From positions 1 through 35,643 of the forward strand of contig CAZCKC010000009.1 in the NCBI GenBank assembly GCA_964499235.1: a DNA stretch of 35,643 bases. Reading direction: 5' to 3'. The notes under the pieces were generated by a model. That model searched no databases, was not told where the DNA came from, and saw nothing but the letters and a program-made list of their open reading frames with translations. This DNA is from an uncultured Planctomycetales bacterium (GTDB lineage Bacteria > Planctomycetota > Phycisphaerae > UBA1845 > Fen-1342). Position 1 is the stretch's first letter. Each line of letters begins with the position of its first letter. A program made the position numbers and the translations under genes. Below, piece by piece: positions 8,760 through 17,087 of this stretch.

Positions 8760-9469
8760 CAGCCAGCCTCCCAGGTGGCGACGAAGCGGAAGGGCCACGC
8801 CGGACGGACGGCCGCGCCCCGCACACCGCTGGTCGCCAGCAGATCGTAGACCTCGCCGCGGGTCAGGGCGGCTCGCACCGACAGCAGCGCATCGGTGTGC
8901 ACCACTGGGCTGCGGGAGAGGACGCGGCTGCCCAGGAGTGCGGCGAGGTAGCCGAGGCGACTCCGCTCGAGGTCTGCGAGGACGCAGGCGCGCCGGGCGC
9001 TCGCGGTCATATTCTCAATCAGCTGCCGGGCCTGGTCGTCGAGGCAGTGGTGCAAAAATAGCGTTGAAAGGGTTACGTCTGCGGACCCCGGTTCGAACGC
9101 CTGGGGATCGAGGAAGTCGGCCGCGTGGCCGGTGAAGGTGACGCCCGTGGCCGTCAGACGCTGGTCCGCCAAGGCGAGGGCGTGCGAGCTGATGTCACAA
9201 CCGTGCAACTCCAGGGCAACGCCGGCGCGGCGGGCGTGCCGCGCGATCGCCGCGAGCACGTCGCCCCCGCCGCAGGCGACGTCGAGCAGGACCAGTGGCC
9301 GCGAGCGGTCGACGAAGCGCCGCAGGGCCCGCCAGACAACGTAGCCGCTGAGGCTGATCGCGTTGATCCGCCGCAGGCCGGCGAGGGCCCGCGTGTGCTC
9401 TGCGGGGGGCAGGCGGGGATCATCCATCCGCTCGGGGCGGACGTCACGCTCCGTGAGGCTCGCGAGCAT
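8759..9469 (-). CDS. Class I SAM-dependent methyltransferase
   Basis: Motif I LVLLDVACGGGDVLAAI. The start was trimmed to the ATG at 9469 (MLASLTERDV...), which overlaps the nitroreductase TGA (ATGA). The 129-aa upstream extension in the track ORF is Arg/Pro-rich, out-of-frame junk over the nitroreductase gene. Confidence 0.8.
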   Translation of the reverse strand: MLASLTERDVRPERMDDPRLPPAEHTRALAGLRRINAISLSGYVVWRALRRFVDRSRPLVLLDVACGGGDVLAAIARHARRAGVALELHGCDISSHALALADQRLTATGVTFTGHAADFLDPQAFEPGSADVTLSTLFLHHCLDDQARQLIENMTASARRACVLADLERSRLGYLAALLGSRVLSRSPVVHTDALLSVRAALTRGEVYDLLATSGVRGAAVRPAWPFRFVATWEAG

Positions 9470-10065
9470 CAGGTCGGGAAGCCGCCCTCGAAGGCGAACT
9501 CGCTCACGGGCTTGCGGCCGCTGGGCTGTTCCATCGAGCGAAGCTGGTCGGGGAGGTCTTCGGGCTTGCCGGGCAGGCCGACCGCGAACATGGCGCAGAT
9601 CGTGAAGTCTTCGGGGATGCCGAGGGCCTGGGGGGCGTCGTCGTGGTCGAAGCCGGCCATTCCATGGACGACGAGTCCCATCTGGGCGCCCTGCAGCGCG
9701 AGGTTCTCCCAGGCGGAGCCGGCGTCGAAGACGTGGACGGGGTTGGGCTTGCCGTTCTTGCTGAAGGTCTGCTTCGAGATGATCAGCCCGAGGGCGGCGG
9801 CGTGCTGGGCCCAGGACTGGTTGGCGTCGACGAGGAGGTCGAAGAAGGTCGGCCACGCGGGCGTGTCGCGGCGGGCGTAGAGGATGCGCCAGGGCTGCTC
9901 GTTAAAGGACGACGGGGCCCAGCGGGCGGCCTCGAAGAGGCGCTCGAGCGCGCCGTCGTCGAGCGGTTGGCCGGTCATCGCCCGCGGCGACCATCGCTGG
10001 ACGAAGAGCGGCTCGACAGCGTGGTCGGGCTGGCGGTACTGCTTGACATCGAGATGCATGGACAT
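9469..10065 (-). CDS. Nitroreductase-family flavoprotein (NAD(P)H-dependent FMN oxidoreductase fold)
   Basis: RWSPRAM...SSFNEQPW N-terminal signature of the nitroreductase family, 198 aa. An SD (GAGGA) lies 9 nt upstream. Confidence 0.85.
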   Translation of the reverse strand: MSMHLDVKQYRQPDHAVEPLFVQRWSPRAMTGQPLDDGALERLFEAARWAPSSFNEQPWRILYARRDTPAWPTFFDLLVDANQSWAQHAAALGLIISKQTFSKNGKPNPVHVFDAGSAWENLALQGAQMGLVVHGMAGFDHDDAPQALGIPEDFTICAMFAVGLPGKPEDLPDQLRSMEQPSGRKPVSEFAFEGGFPT

Positions 10066-10111
10066 GTGGCTGCGTCCTCGAGTTGGTTGGGTTCCTGGCG
10101 GGCGACGGCGC

Positions 10112-10561
10112 TCAGCCGGTCGCGTTGGCCGCCGGCTGGGCCTGGGGCTTGGTCTTGCGGCGGCGCTTGAGGGCCCATGGCCCGGCCCCGTGGGCGAAGA
10201 CCATCAACAACCCGCCGAAGATGGCGAGGTTCTTCATGAACTGGATCTGCTGTTGTCGCTGCTCAGCGCCTTCAAAGGTCCAGAAGTCATGGAACGAGAG
10301 GGTGGCCGCCGCGAGGAAGATCATGAGGAGGATGGCGCCGATGCGGGCATAGAAGCCGAGGATCAGGGACAGCCCGCCGGCGATCAAAAAGACGACGGCC
10401 CCGAAGAGCAGGAACGAGCCGAGGGCCCCGCCGGGCAACCCGCCTTGGTCCTGCATGTAGTTCAGCGTCGCGTTCCAGTTGGGGATCTTGTTCATGATGG
10501 CTGAGCTGAGGAAGATCACGGCCAGCGCCAGCCGGCCCAGCAAGCTCACCAGTCCCTGCAT
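10112..10561 (-). CDS. DoxX-family small integral membrane protein
   Basis: Four hydrophobic helices, the typical DoxX size and layout, and SFHDFW/MKNLAIFGG-like segments. The start was trimmed to the ATG at 10561 (MQGLVSLLGRLALAVIFL) with SD GGAGA. It lies 46 bp upstream of the nitroreductase gene. Confidence 0.7.
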   Translation of the reverse strand: MQGLVSLLGRLALAVIFLSSAIMNKIPNWNATLNYMQDQGGLPGGALGSFLLFGAVVFLIAGGLSLILGFYARIGAILLMIFLAAATLSFHDFWTFEGAEQRQQQIQFMKNLAIFGGLLMVFAHGAGPWALKRRRKTKPQAQPAANATG

Positions 10562-10779
10562 CGCTGTCTCCTCGTTGCCGCGGCGCGGCCCCGGTTTGCC
10601 ATCGTTCGCGCTGATCAACTTGGATATTGTAGCCCGCCCGCCGCCGTGGGGCATTTGGCCGGGCGCTCGTTTGCTGGCGCGTAGCGGGAGGGATAAACTG
10701 AAGGCTGGACAAGTATGTTGCGCGCCGGGCGCTGTTTCGCTGCTGCCCGGCGGTGCCGTGAGGTAGGCGAACCGGGAGA
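10562..10779. promoter_or_regulatory. Divergent intergenic region, presumed to hold promoters for the DoxX-PKS operon (minus) and the 10780 gene (plus)
   Basis: A 218-bp non-coding gap between divergently oriented genes; no specific -35/-10 is claimed. Confidence 0.3.
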
Positions 10780-11640
10780 ATGACCGTGGTGCACGTCAGC
10801 AGCGGCCCCGCCAAGGCCGACCCCCTCTACTGGGTCTTGATCGTCGCGCTTTGCCTCGGATTGTTCGCTTATTTTATCTACGACTGGCAGGTCGGCTATC
10901 TCAGCCGGAACATCAGCGAGGCCCGTGCCGAGCTTGGGCAACTGCTGAATGCTGATCCCGAAGCGGTCGAGATTCCGGAACCCGAGCGGCCCACGCGGGC
11001 CGAGTTCGACGCACTCTTCGTCGACCGGCCGGGCACGACACGGATCACACGGGAAGAGATCCGCGCTGCCTTCGGGGAGCCGATCACCACCCGAGAAACG
11101 GCCGACGGCAACCAGGTCGAGTACTACGCGAGCCACTACGGCATGGCGACGGTGACCTACCGCGGCGGGCAGCCGATGCCCGAGTGGCGCAAGTGGTTCA
11201 AGTCGAAGGACCAGATCGAGGCGCAGCTCTACTGGGGCCTGATCCCGCTGGCCTTCGGGATCTTTGCGGCTTACAAGCTCGTGCGGGCGTTGACGCTCCG
11301 CGTCACCGTCGACGATGCGGGGCTGCGGTATCGCAGCGACCTGATCGCCTTCGACCGCATGAGCGGCCTGCGCGACTTCAACCCGAAGGGCTGGATCGAC
11401 CTCTACTACCGGAACGGGAAAGAACAGAAGCTGCGGCTGGACAACCAGAAGATCGCCCAGTTCGACGCCGTCGTCGACGCGATCTGCCAGCAGACCGGCT
11501 TTACCAATCCGGTCGCGGAGTACCGCGCCAGACGCGCGGCCGAAGAGGCCGAGGCCGGCATCGGGCCCGAACCGACCGACGAAGCGCCGGCGGCGCCCGA
11601 GGCCGGCGACACGGACGAGAACGAGAAGACGACGACCTGA
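10780..11640 (+). CDS. Hypothetical 2-TM membrane protein with an acidic C-terminal tail
   Basis: 286 aa. Hydrophobic helices at about aa 16-36 and 150-170 and a Glu/Ala-rich C-terminus; no recognisable catalytic motif. GC3-rich codon usage supports coding. The start is ambiguous: GGGAGA abuts the ATG at 10780, and a GTG at 10786 has better spacing. Confidence 0.55.
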   Translation: MTVVHVSSGPAKADPLYWVLIVALCLGLFAYFIYDWQVGYLSRNISEARAELGQLLNADPEAVEIPEPERPTRAEFDALFVDRPGTTRITREEIRAAFGEPITTRETADGNQVEYYASHYGMATVTYRGGQPMPEWRKWFKSKDQIEAQLYWGLIPLAFGIFAAYKLVRALTLRVTVDDAGLRYRSDLIAFDRMSGLRDFNPKGWIDLYYRNGKEQKLRLDNQKIAQFDAVVDAICQQTGFTNPVAEYRARRAAEEAEAGIGPEPTDEAPAAPEAGDTDENEKTTT

Positions 11641-11660
11641 GCGCGACCGCGGCGTGCCCC

Positions 11661-11867
11661 ATGTCTGCGCCTGCGGTGGAATCACCTCACGTCCGGCGCG
11701 ATCTGCCGTGCATCTACTGTCCGAATAACCTCCGCGGCCAGTACGTCAGCGGGTTTTGCTCAGCGTGCGGCAAGCCGGTGTTCGTGTCGCTGCGGCCGCT
11801 GGATGCGCGGCGGCCGTTGCTTTTTCTAGGCCCTGCGTGGTCCTGCTGGTGGGGTGACATAGGCTGA
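11661..11867 (+). CDS. Small (68 aa) zinc-ribbon protein; C-x2-C ... C-x2-C-G-K-P motif
   Basis: Lies in frame within track ORF 11184..11867, starting at the ATG at 11661 (MSAPAVESPHVRRDLPCIYCPNNLRGQYVSGFCSACGKPVF...). Its four-Cys ribbon resembles the N-termini of the two downstream membrane proteins. Confidence 0.35.
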   Translation: MSAPAVESPHVRRDLPCIYCPNNLRGQYVSGFCSACGKPVFVSLRPLDARRPLLFLGPAWSCWWGDIG

Positions 11868-11957
11868 ACCGCTTCCTGACCCAGCGGATGATCCTGCGGA
11901 AGGAGCCGTCGCCCGCGCCGTGACCGTGTTGTGATCGCGGCGCGGGCGAAGCGCGGG

Positions 11958-13532
11958 TCAGTTGCTGGCGGCCGGCTGCGGGTCGCGGGTCATCATCGAG
12001 TCGAGCATCGTGCCGATCAGGGCAGTGGTCTCCGCGTTGCCGGTCCCGCCACCGCCGTTGCCGCCGACGACCATGACGCGCGGGGTGATCTCAACGCCCT
12101 GCTCGCCGACGATCTTGAGCAACTCGACCAGGGCGGCGTTGCCCTTGCCGATCTGCTGCGCGATGAGCTGGTAGGCGTTCGCCTGAGCCTCCGCGTTGAT
12201 CAGCGTTGCCTCGGCCTGGGCCTTGGCCTCGATGATACGGCGCTCGCTCTGCTGCTCGGCGATCTTGACTTCGTAGGCGGCCGTCGCCAGCCGCTTCTCT
12301 TCCACGGCTTCCTGCTGCGTGCTAGCGAGCTCCTTCTGCTGCTCGGCCGTCCGCTGCTGCTCCTGGAAGGTCTGCTGTTCCTGGATGGCAATCTCGCGGT
12401 CGGTCTGCGTCTTCAGCAGCTGGCCGAGCGAGGCCTCGTCGCCGACGTCGCCGATGCGAACGGCCGTCACGGTGACGCCAACCGGCTGCATCGCGGTCGC
12501 GAGCATCTGCTGCGACTGGGTTTCCTGCTTGGAACGCTGCTGGACGTAGTCGAGGGCTTTCACCGATTCGGCGTTGTTGCGGAAGATCGCCCGCACGGCC
12601 GAGTTGAGACGCTTGCTCAGCTGCTCGCCGTCGTCGCCGAACTTGGCCACCACGAGCGGGGCGTCATCAGCCTTGATGCGATACTCGATCCGCACGTCGA
12701 CCGGGAAGGTGAAGCCGTCCGAGGAGCGGACGATAATCTCGCGCTCCTCGCCGGCGGCGGCACTCTTGGTGTAGCGGACCGTTCGCTCGGCCGTCGAAAT
12801 CGTCGTGACCTCAAAGGCCGTCGTGTTGAGGTAATACTCCTGCGGCCGCAGCGGCGACCGCCAGATGCCGCGCATCCCGCGGTCGACGAGCGCCTCATCA
12901 GACACGGCCGCGTCGTCCGACACCGGGCCGACGTTGGACTTCACGACGCCGACGGTGGCCTTTTGGATGTTGGTGACCGACGTCTTCTCGACGTGGTAGA
13001 GCCGCGGGTTGATGCGGTACTTGCCGGGCGTGAGGACCGACGCCTGCGGGCCCTTGTAGCCACCACCCGTCTCGGAGAGGAAGTGCTCGGCCTTCAGCAT
13101 TTGCTGGAATTCGCCCTCGGACCACTCGGGGGCGTAGATCTGGCCTTCGGGCAGCGGCTTGCCGTCGGTGGTCGTGAGAATGCCGACCTCGCCGGGGCTG
13201 ATGTCGACCACGGGATCGATCTCGATGTCGTAGATGAACGGCCACAGCCACGGATGCCAGCCCGGGCCGAGGATGGCAGCTTGGGGGCCGGTCTCGCCTT
13301 CGGTGGCAATGATCTGACCGGCGGGCATCTTGTCACCGAAGTTTTTGATCACGATGCCGACGCCGTCCTCGCCGACGTAGCGGAACGAGGCGGCGTAGAA
13401 CGCGATCACGATCAGGAGCAGGCCGGCCACGCCCGCGCCGACGCGGATCCCGGTAGCGCGGAAGTTTGTAATGGTGGTGGTCACCAGCGCGATCGCGGCG
13501 ACCACACCCAACAGCACGATGATCAGCGACAT
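11958..13532 (-). CDS. Flotillin-like SPFH/Band-7 protein (FloT/YuaG-like)
   Basis: An N-terminal membrane anchor, an SPFH domain, then a long Glu/Ala/Gln-rich coiled-coil flotillin domain (EQQTFQEQQRTAEQQKELASTQQEAVEEKR...AKAQAEATLINAEAQANAYQ). SD GGGAGA lies 7 nt upstream. Confidence 0.85.
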   Translation of the reverse strand: MSLIIVLLGVVAAIALVTTTITNFRATGIRVGAGVAGLLLIVIAFYAASFRYVGEDGVGIVIKNFGDKMPAGQIIATEGETGPQAAILGPGWHPWLWPFIYDIEIDPVVDISPGEVGILTTTDGKPLPEGQIYAPEWSEGEFQQMLKAEHFLSETGGGYKGPQASVLTPGKYRINPRLYHVEKTSVTNIQKATVGVVKSNVGPVSDDAAVSDEALVDRGMRGIWRSPLRPQEYYLNTTAFEVTTISTAERTVRYTKSAAAGEEREIIVRSSDGFTFPVDVRIEYRIKADDAPLVVAKFGDDGEQLSKRLNSAVRAIFRNNAESVKALDYVQQRSKQETQSQQMLATAMQPVGVTVTAVRIGDVGDEASLGQLLKTQTDREIAIQEQQTFQEQQRTAEQQKELASTQQEAVEEKRLATAAYEVKIAEQQSERRIIEAKAQAEATLINAEAQANAYQLIAQQIGKGNAALVELLKIVGEQGVEITPRVMVVGGNGGGGTGNAETTALIGTMLDSMMTRDPQPAASN

Positions 13533-13661
13533 GTGTTGCTCTCCCAGCTAGGGTTCGTTCTCGTCAGTTGATTGTACCAGTCAAAGCCTAACCGGTCGGA
13601 CTACGGGCGCAAACTCGAAGGACGTTACAACCTTGGCGGCTGTCTATAGCGCAGCCGGGGG

Positions 13662-14630
13662 ATGATTCCGCTGCGCCCGCGGCTGAGATCGTCTAAACTG
13701 GCGGTGAGCGAGCCTCTTTCCGCACAGGACAGGACGGCCATCGACGCTTCGTCCGCTGATCATCTGCAAAACGCCGGCGGCGAGCCGTCACTGCCGAGCG
13801 AGCACGCGGTCCCCTGCATCCAGTGCGGCTATGACCTGCGGGCGCACCCGCCGAAGAGCCGCTGTCCGGAGTGCGGACATCCGGTCGCGGAGAGCGTGGC
13901 CGCCCGCCGGCAGGCGTTGCGGCAGTGGGATGTCGCGGTCGCGCAGGGACTCGATTTGCTGGCGATCGCGGCCGGGATTGCCGGCGTGCTGATGATCGTG
14001 TTTTTTCCGTTCGTGGGGCTGGGGTGGATGATCGGGGTCGGGCCGGCGTTTCTGGATCTCGGGGGGTGCGTGAGCTGCTCCGCGCTGTTGGCCGCCGTGC
14101 CCGCGCTGGCGGGACTGTTCTTCCTGTCTGTCCGGCCGCACCTGGAGGCGGCGGCGGGGGTGTTGCTGAGCGGGTGGCCGAGGCCGCGGACTGTTCGAGG
14201 CGTGGTTTTGGCGTTGCCGTTGCTGGGGCTGCTCGTGTTTGGGGGGGTGCTCACGCCGGGGGCGGGGCGCGTGAGTGCGTTGGTGTACGGGGCGCTGGCC
14301 GTCGCGTGGGGTGGGGTGACGGTCGCGGTGACTGGGCGTTATTTGCAGCGGGTGCTGGTGGTGACGCAGGCGGCGGCGGCGGAACGGCGGCGGCTGATGC
14401 GGACGGCGGCGGCTACGTTGTTGGCGCTAGCGCTTTGTTTTGTCGCGTTGGGCGCGCCGATCGAGCGGCTTGGGCAGCCGTGGCTGACCGCGACGGTGCA
14501 TTTTGTCGCGCTGATTAGCGGGGCGGTGCTGGCGGTGATGTTGCTGTGGCTGCGGAAGGGGCTGACGGCGGCCGCCCGGCATGTCGAGGCCCACCAGCGG
14601 GCGGCGTTCCTGGCGCCACCACGCCGCTAG
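13662..14630 (+). CDS. Polytopic membrane protein with an N-terminal Cys4 zinc ribbon (CIQCGYDL...CPECGHP)
   Basis: 322 aa. The ribbon motif is followed by at least six hydrophobic segments. Codon usage is GC3-rich, whereas the alternative frames are Arg-rich junk. Confidence 0.55.
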   Translation: MIPLRPRLRSSKLAVSEPLSAQDRTAIDASSADHLQNAGGEPSLPSEHAVPCIQCGYDLRAHPPKSRCPECGHPVAESVAARRQALRQWDVAVAQGLDLLAIAAGIAGVLMIVFFPFVGLGWMIGVGPAFLDLGGCVSCSALLAAVPALAGLFFLSVRPHLEAAAGVLLSGWPRPRTVRGVVLALPLLGLLVFGGVLTPGAGRVSALVYGALAVAWGGVTVAVTGRYLQRVLVVTQAAAAERRRLMRTAAATLLALALCFVALGAPIERLGQPWLTATVHFVALISGAVLAVMLLWLRKGLTAAARHVEAHQRAAFLAPPRR

Positions 14631-14642
14631 CATTGAGGAGCG

Positions 14643-15434
14643 ATGAAACCTCCTGATCAATCGGCCCCCAGCTGCGTTACCTGCCATTACAGTCTGGAGG
14701 GCTTACCCCTAGAAAGGACGAGCTGCCCGGAGTGCGGCTGCCCACTGGCCTGGACGACGGCGCAGGGCTACCTCAACGTCGCGCCGCGCGGCTACCGGCG
14801 GCGGCTGGCGAGCGGGGCCGCCGTGCTGCTGGTGGCGGGCTACGTGCTCGCGACGGCGAGCTTTTTCTGGGGGAGTACGCCGCCGGGGACCGGATACCTC
14901 TTCGTGATCGACTTGCTGCTGCTCCTCTTCGGCGGCCTGGCGGCCATCGGCGGGCTGCTGCTCACCGCCAAGCCACCCGATCGGCAGCACCCGGCCGCGG
15001 ACGCGGTTGAGCGGCAGGTCGCCCGCGTCGCGCTGATCACGCTGGCGGCACCGATCGTGCCGCTGCTGGCCGCGGCGGGCGAGGCGCCCCTCCCCTGGCT
15101 GACCACGCAGGTCTTCCGCAGCCTGCCGATCTTCGGCGTTCCGATCCCGCTGACGCTGCTGGTCAGCGTGCTGCTGGCCGCGGAGCCCCGCCGACTGCGC
15201 CTGCTGACCCGGGGAGCAGCAGCTCTGTGGCTGGTGCTCTACGGGCTGCTGATCGTCTACACGATCCTGGCGAACGCCGCGATCCTGACGGGCGTGCTCG
15301 TCGCGTTCCGCGTCGTGGCCGGCGTGCTGTACCTGCTGCTGCTGCTAATCTGGACGATCCAGTTCCTGGTCCTCTTTGCCCAGGCCGTCCCGGTCGCGCC
15401 CCGCGCCCGGCACGAATCGCCGCCCGCACCTTGA
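14643..15434 (+). CDS. Paralogous polytopic membrane protein with an N-terminal Cys4 zinc ribbon (CVTCHYSL...CPECGCP)
   Basis: 263 aa with the same architecture as the upstream gene and a 12-bp intergenic spacer; a tandem duplication. Confidence 0.55.
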   Translation: MKPPDQSAPSCVTCHYSLEGLPLERTSCPECGCPLAWTTAQGYLNVAPRGYRRRLASGAAVLLVAGYVLATASFFWGSTPPGTGYLFVIDLLLLLFGGLAAIGGLLLTAKPPDRQHPAADAVERQVARVALITLAAPIVPLLAAAGEAPLPWLTTQVFRSLPIFGVPIPLTLLVSVLLAAEPRRLRLLTRGAAALWLVLYGLLIVYTILANAAILTGVLVAFRVVAGVLYLLLLLIWTIQFLVLFAQAVPVAPRARHESPPAP

Positions 15435-15504
15435 TCGCCGCCCCGCCGCGCCCGACACTCTCGCCTCAACGACGAACCGCCCGCAACCGCGACCGGAGCC
15501 CTGC

Positions 15505-16527
15505 ATGATCCGCAAGCCCGTCACCCTGATCACCGGCGCCAACGGCGAGATCGGCCACGGCCTGATCGAGCACCTCTCGCAGCAGACCGACCGCGAGGTC
15601 ATCGCTCTCGACCTCAAGCCGATTGACGAGCAGCTCGCGCCGTTGTGTGCGGGCTCCCTTGTCGGCGACATCCTCGATGACAAGCTGCTGAAGCGGCTGG
15701 TGTCGGAGTTCGAGATCACGGAGATCTACCACCTGGCCGCCCTGCTGAGCACGCGGGCCGAGTTCGTGCCCGACGCCGCCCACGCGGTCAACGTCAACGG
15801 CACGCTCAACCTGCTGCAGCTCGCGACGGAGCAGGCCCGCTGGCACGGCCAGACGGTCAAGTTTCTCTTCCCGAGCTCGATCGCCGCCTACGGGCTGCCG
15901 AATGTCTCGACGAAGACGAAGGCCGCCCCGGTGAAGGAGACGGAGTGGGCGACGCCGACGACGATGTACGGCTGCAACAAGCTCTACTGCGAGCAGCTGG
16001 GGCGCTACTATACGCTGCACTACCGGCAGCTCTCGAAGGACCGCGTCGGCTCGGGGGTCGACTTCCGCGCGATCCGCTTCCCCGGGATCATCAGCGCGTT
16101 CACGATGCCCTCGGGCGGCACCAGTGACTTCGCGCCGGAGATGGTCCACGCGGCTGCCCAGGGTGAGCCCTACGCCTGCTTCGTCGCCGAGTACGCCCGG
16201 ATTCCGTTCATGGTGATGCCGGACGCGATCAAGGCGCTGCTGTTGCTGGCGGCGGCGCCGGCCGAGGAGCTGACGCAGCGGGTCTACAACGTGGCCGCCT
16301 TCAGCCCGACGGCCGGCCAGATCCGGGAGACGGTGTTGCAAGCGTTCCCGGCGGCCGAGATCACGTTCGACCCCGACGTCCCGCGCTCGGCGATCGTGGA
16401 CTCTTGGCCGGCGGAGGTCGACGACGAGCCGGCCCGCGCTGACTGGCGGTGGCAGCCGGACTACGACTTCGGCCGGGCGTTCAACGAGTACCTCGTGCCG
16501 AACATCCGCGCGCACTACGAGCGGTAG
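15505..16527 (+). CDS. NAD-dependent epimerase/dehydratase family protein (L-threonine 3-dehydrogenase / UDP-sugar epimerase-like extended SDR)
   Basis: N-terminal Rossmann motif TLITGANGEIGHGL, an SDR catalytic YxxxK (YGCNK) and about 340 aa. The start was trimmed to the ATG at 15505; the upstream track extension is Arg/Pro-rich. Confidence 0.8.
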   Translation: MIRKPVTLITGANGEIGHGLIEHLSQQTDREVIALDLKPIDEQLAPLCAGSLVGDILDDKLLKRLVSEFEITEIYHLAALLSTRAEFVPDAAHAVNVNGTLNLLQLATEQARWHGQTVKFLFPSSIAAYGLPNVSTKTKAAPVKETEWATPTTMYGCNKLYCEQLGRYYTLHYRQLSKDRVGSGVDFRAIRFPGIISAFTMPSGGTSDFAPEMVHAAAQGEPYACFVAEYARIPFMVMPDAIKALLLLAAAPAEELTQRVYNVAAFSPTAGQIRETVLQAFPAAEITFDPDVPRSAIVDSWPAEVDDEPARADWRWQPDYDFGRAFNEYLVPNIRAHYER

Positions 16528-16789
16528 CGGTCGCGCGGGGCTTGCGGTGCCGCCCCCTTCTCAGTGTGCGTACCCGGACGCGGAGCTGCCGCGATTGATC
16601 AGTTTCAGCCGGTGGCGACATTCGGTCGCGGGTGCGACCCCGGGGTCCCGGGTTTCCGCTGTTGCGGAAGCGGCAGCGTGGCTGACGTCAGGCGGTGGGT
16701 GGTGTGAACGCATGCCGGGTGCCAGCGGATGCACCGCACCGGTCACCGCCGGCGCGCGTCCTCGGGATCGAAGCTTCGCCGCGTTGGCG

Positions 16790-17032
16790 TCAGCCGCCAA
16801 GATTTTCGGGGAGGTTGGCGCAGTCGATTTCGACGCCGTTCTGGAAGCACGTGGTGGTGGTTTGGGTTGGGGCGTTGAGGCCGCCGACGATCCAGCCGGC
16901 GCCGAACCCGAGTCCGACGCCGAGGGCGGCGTGCCAACGATCGCAGCCGGCGGCGAAGGTAACGGCGACGGTCATGGCGAGGATCACCAGGTAACGGGCT
17001 TTTGTTGGGTGGTACACAGGAATTCTCCTCAT
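16790..17032 (-). CDS. Small glycine-zipper protein (SlyB/PCP-like), possibly a lipoprotein
   Basis: MRRIPVYHPTKARYLVILAMTVAVTFAAGC has a signal-like h-region ending in Cys, followed by the GVGLGFGAGWIVGG glycine zipper. An AGGAGA SD is embedded, suggesting an alternative GTG start at 17017. Co-oriented and 56 bp downstream of the BNR gene. Confidence 0.4.
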   Translation of the reverse strand: MRRIPVYHPTKARYLVILAMTVAVTFAAGCDRWHAALGVGLGFGAGWIVGGLNAPTQTTTTCFQNGVEIDCANLPENLGG

Positions 17033-17087
17033 TTGTTGGCTTTTCGCCGGACGGTCGCCGGTTGATTCGTTCACATTGTGCCGGGCG

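Noticed and set aside
9075-9095. GGTTCGAA string resembling a tRNA T-loop
   Set aside because: It lies inside the methyltransferase coding sequence with no flanking acceptor-stem or anticodon-arm complementarity
9470-9856. 129-aa N-terminal extension of the methyltransferase ORF (track ORF 8759..9856)
   Set aside because: It overlaps the nitroreductase coding region out of frame, and its composition is Arg/Pro-rich. An in-frame ATG at 9469 forms a classic ATGA overlap with the upstream stop
11931-13571. 546-aa plus-strand ORF antisense to the flotillin gene
   Set aside because: The opposite-strand artefact of a well-supported SPFH/flotillin gene
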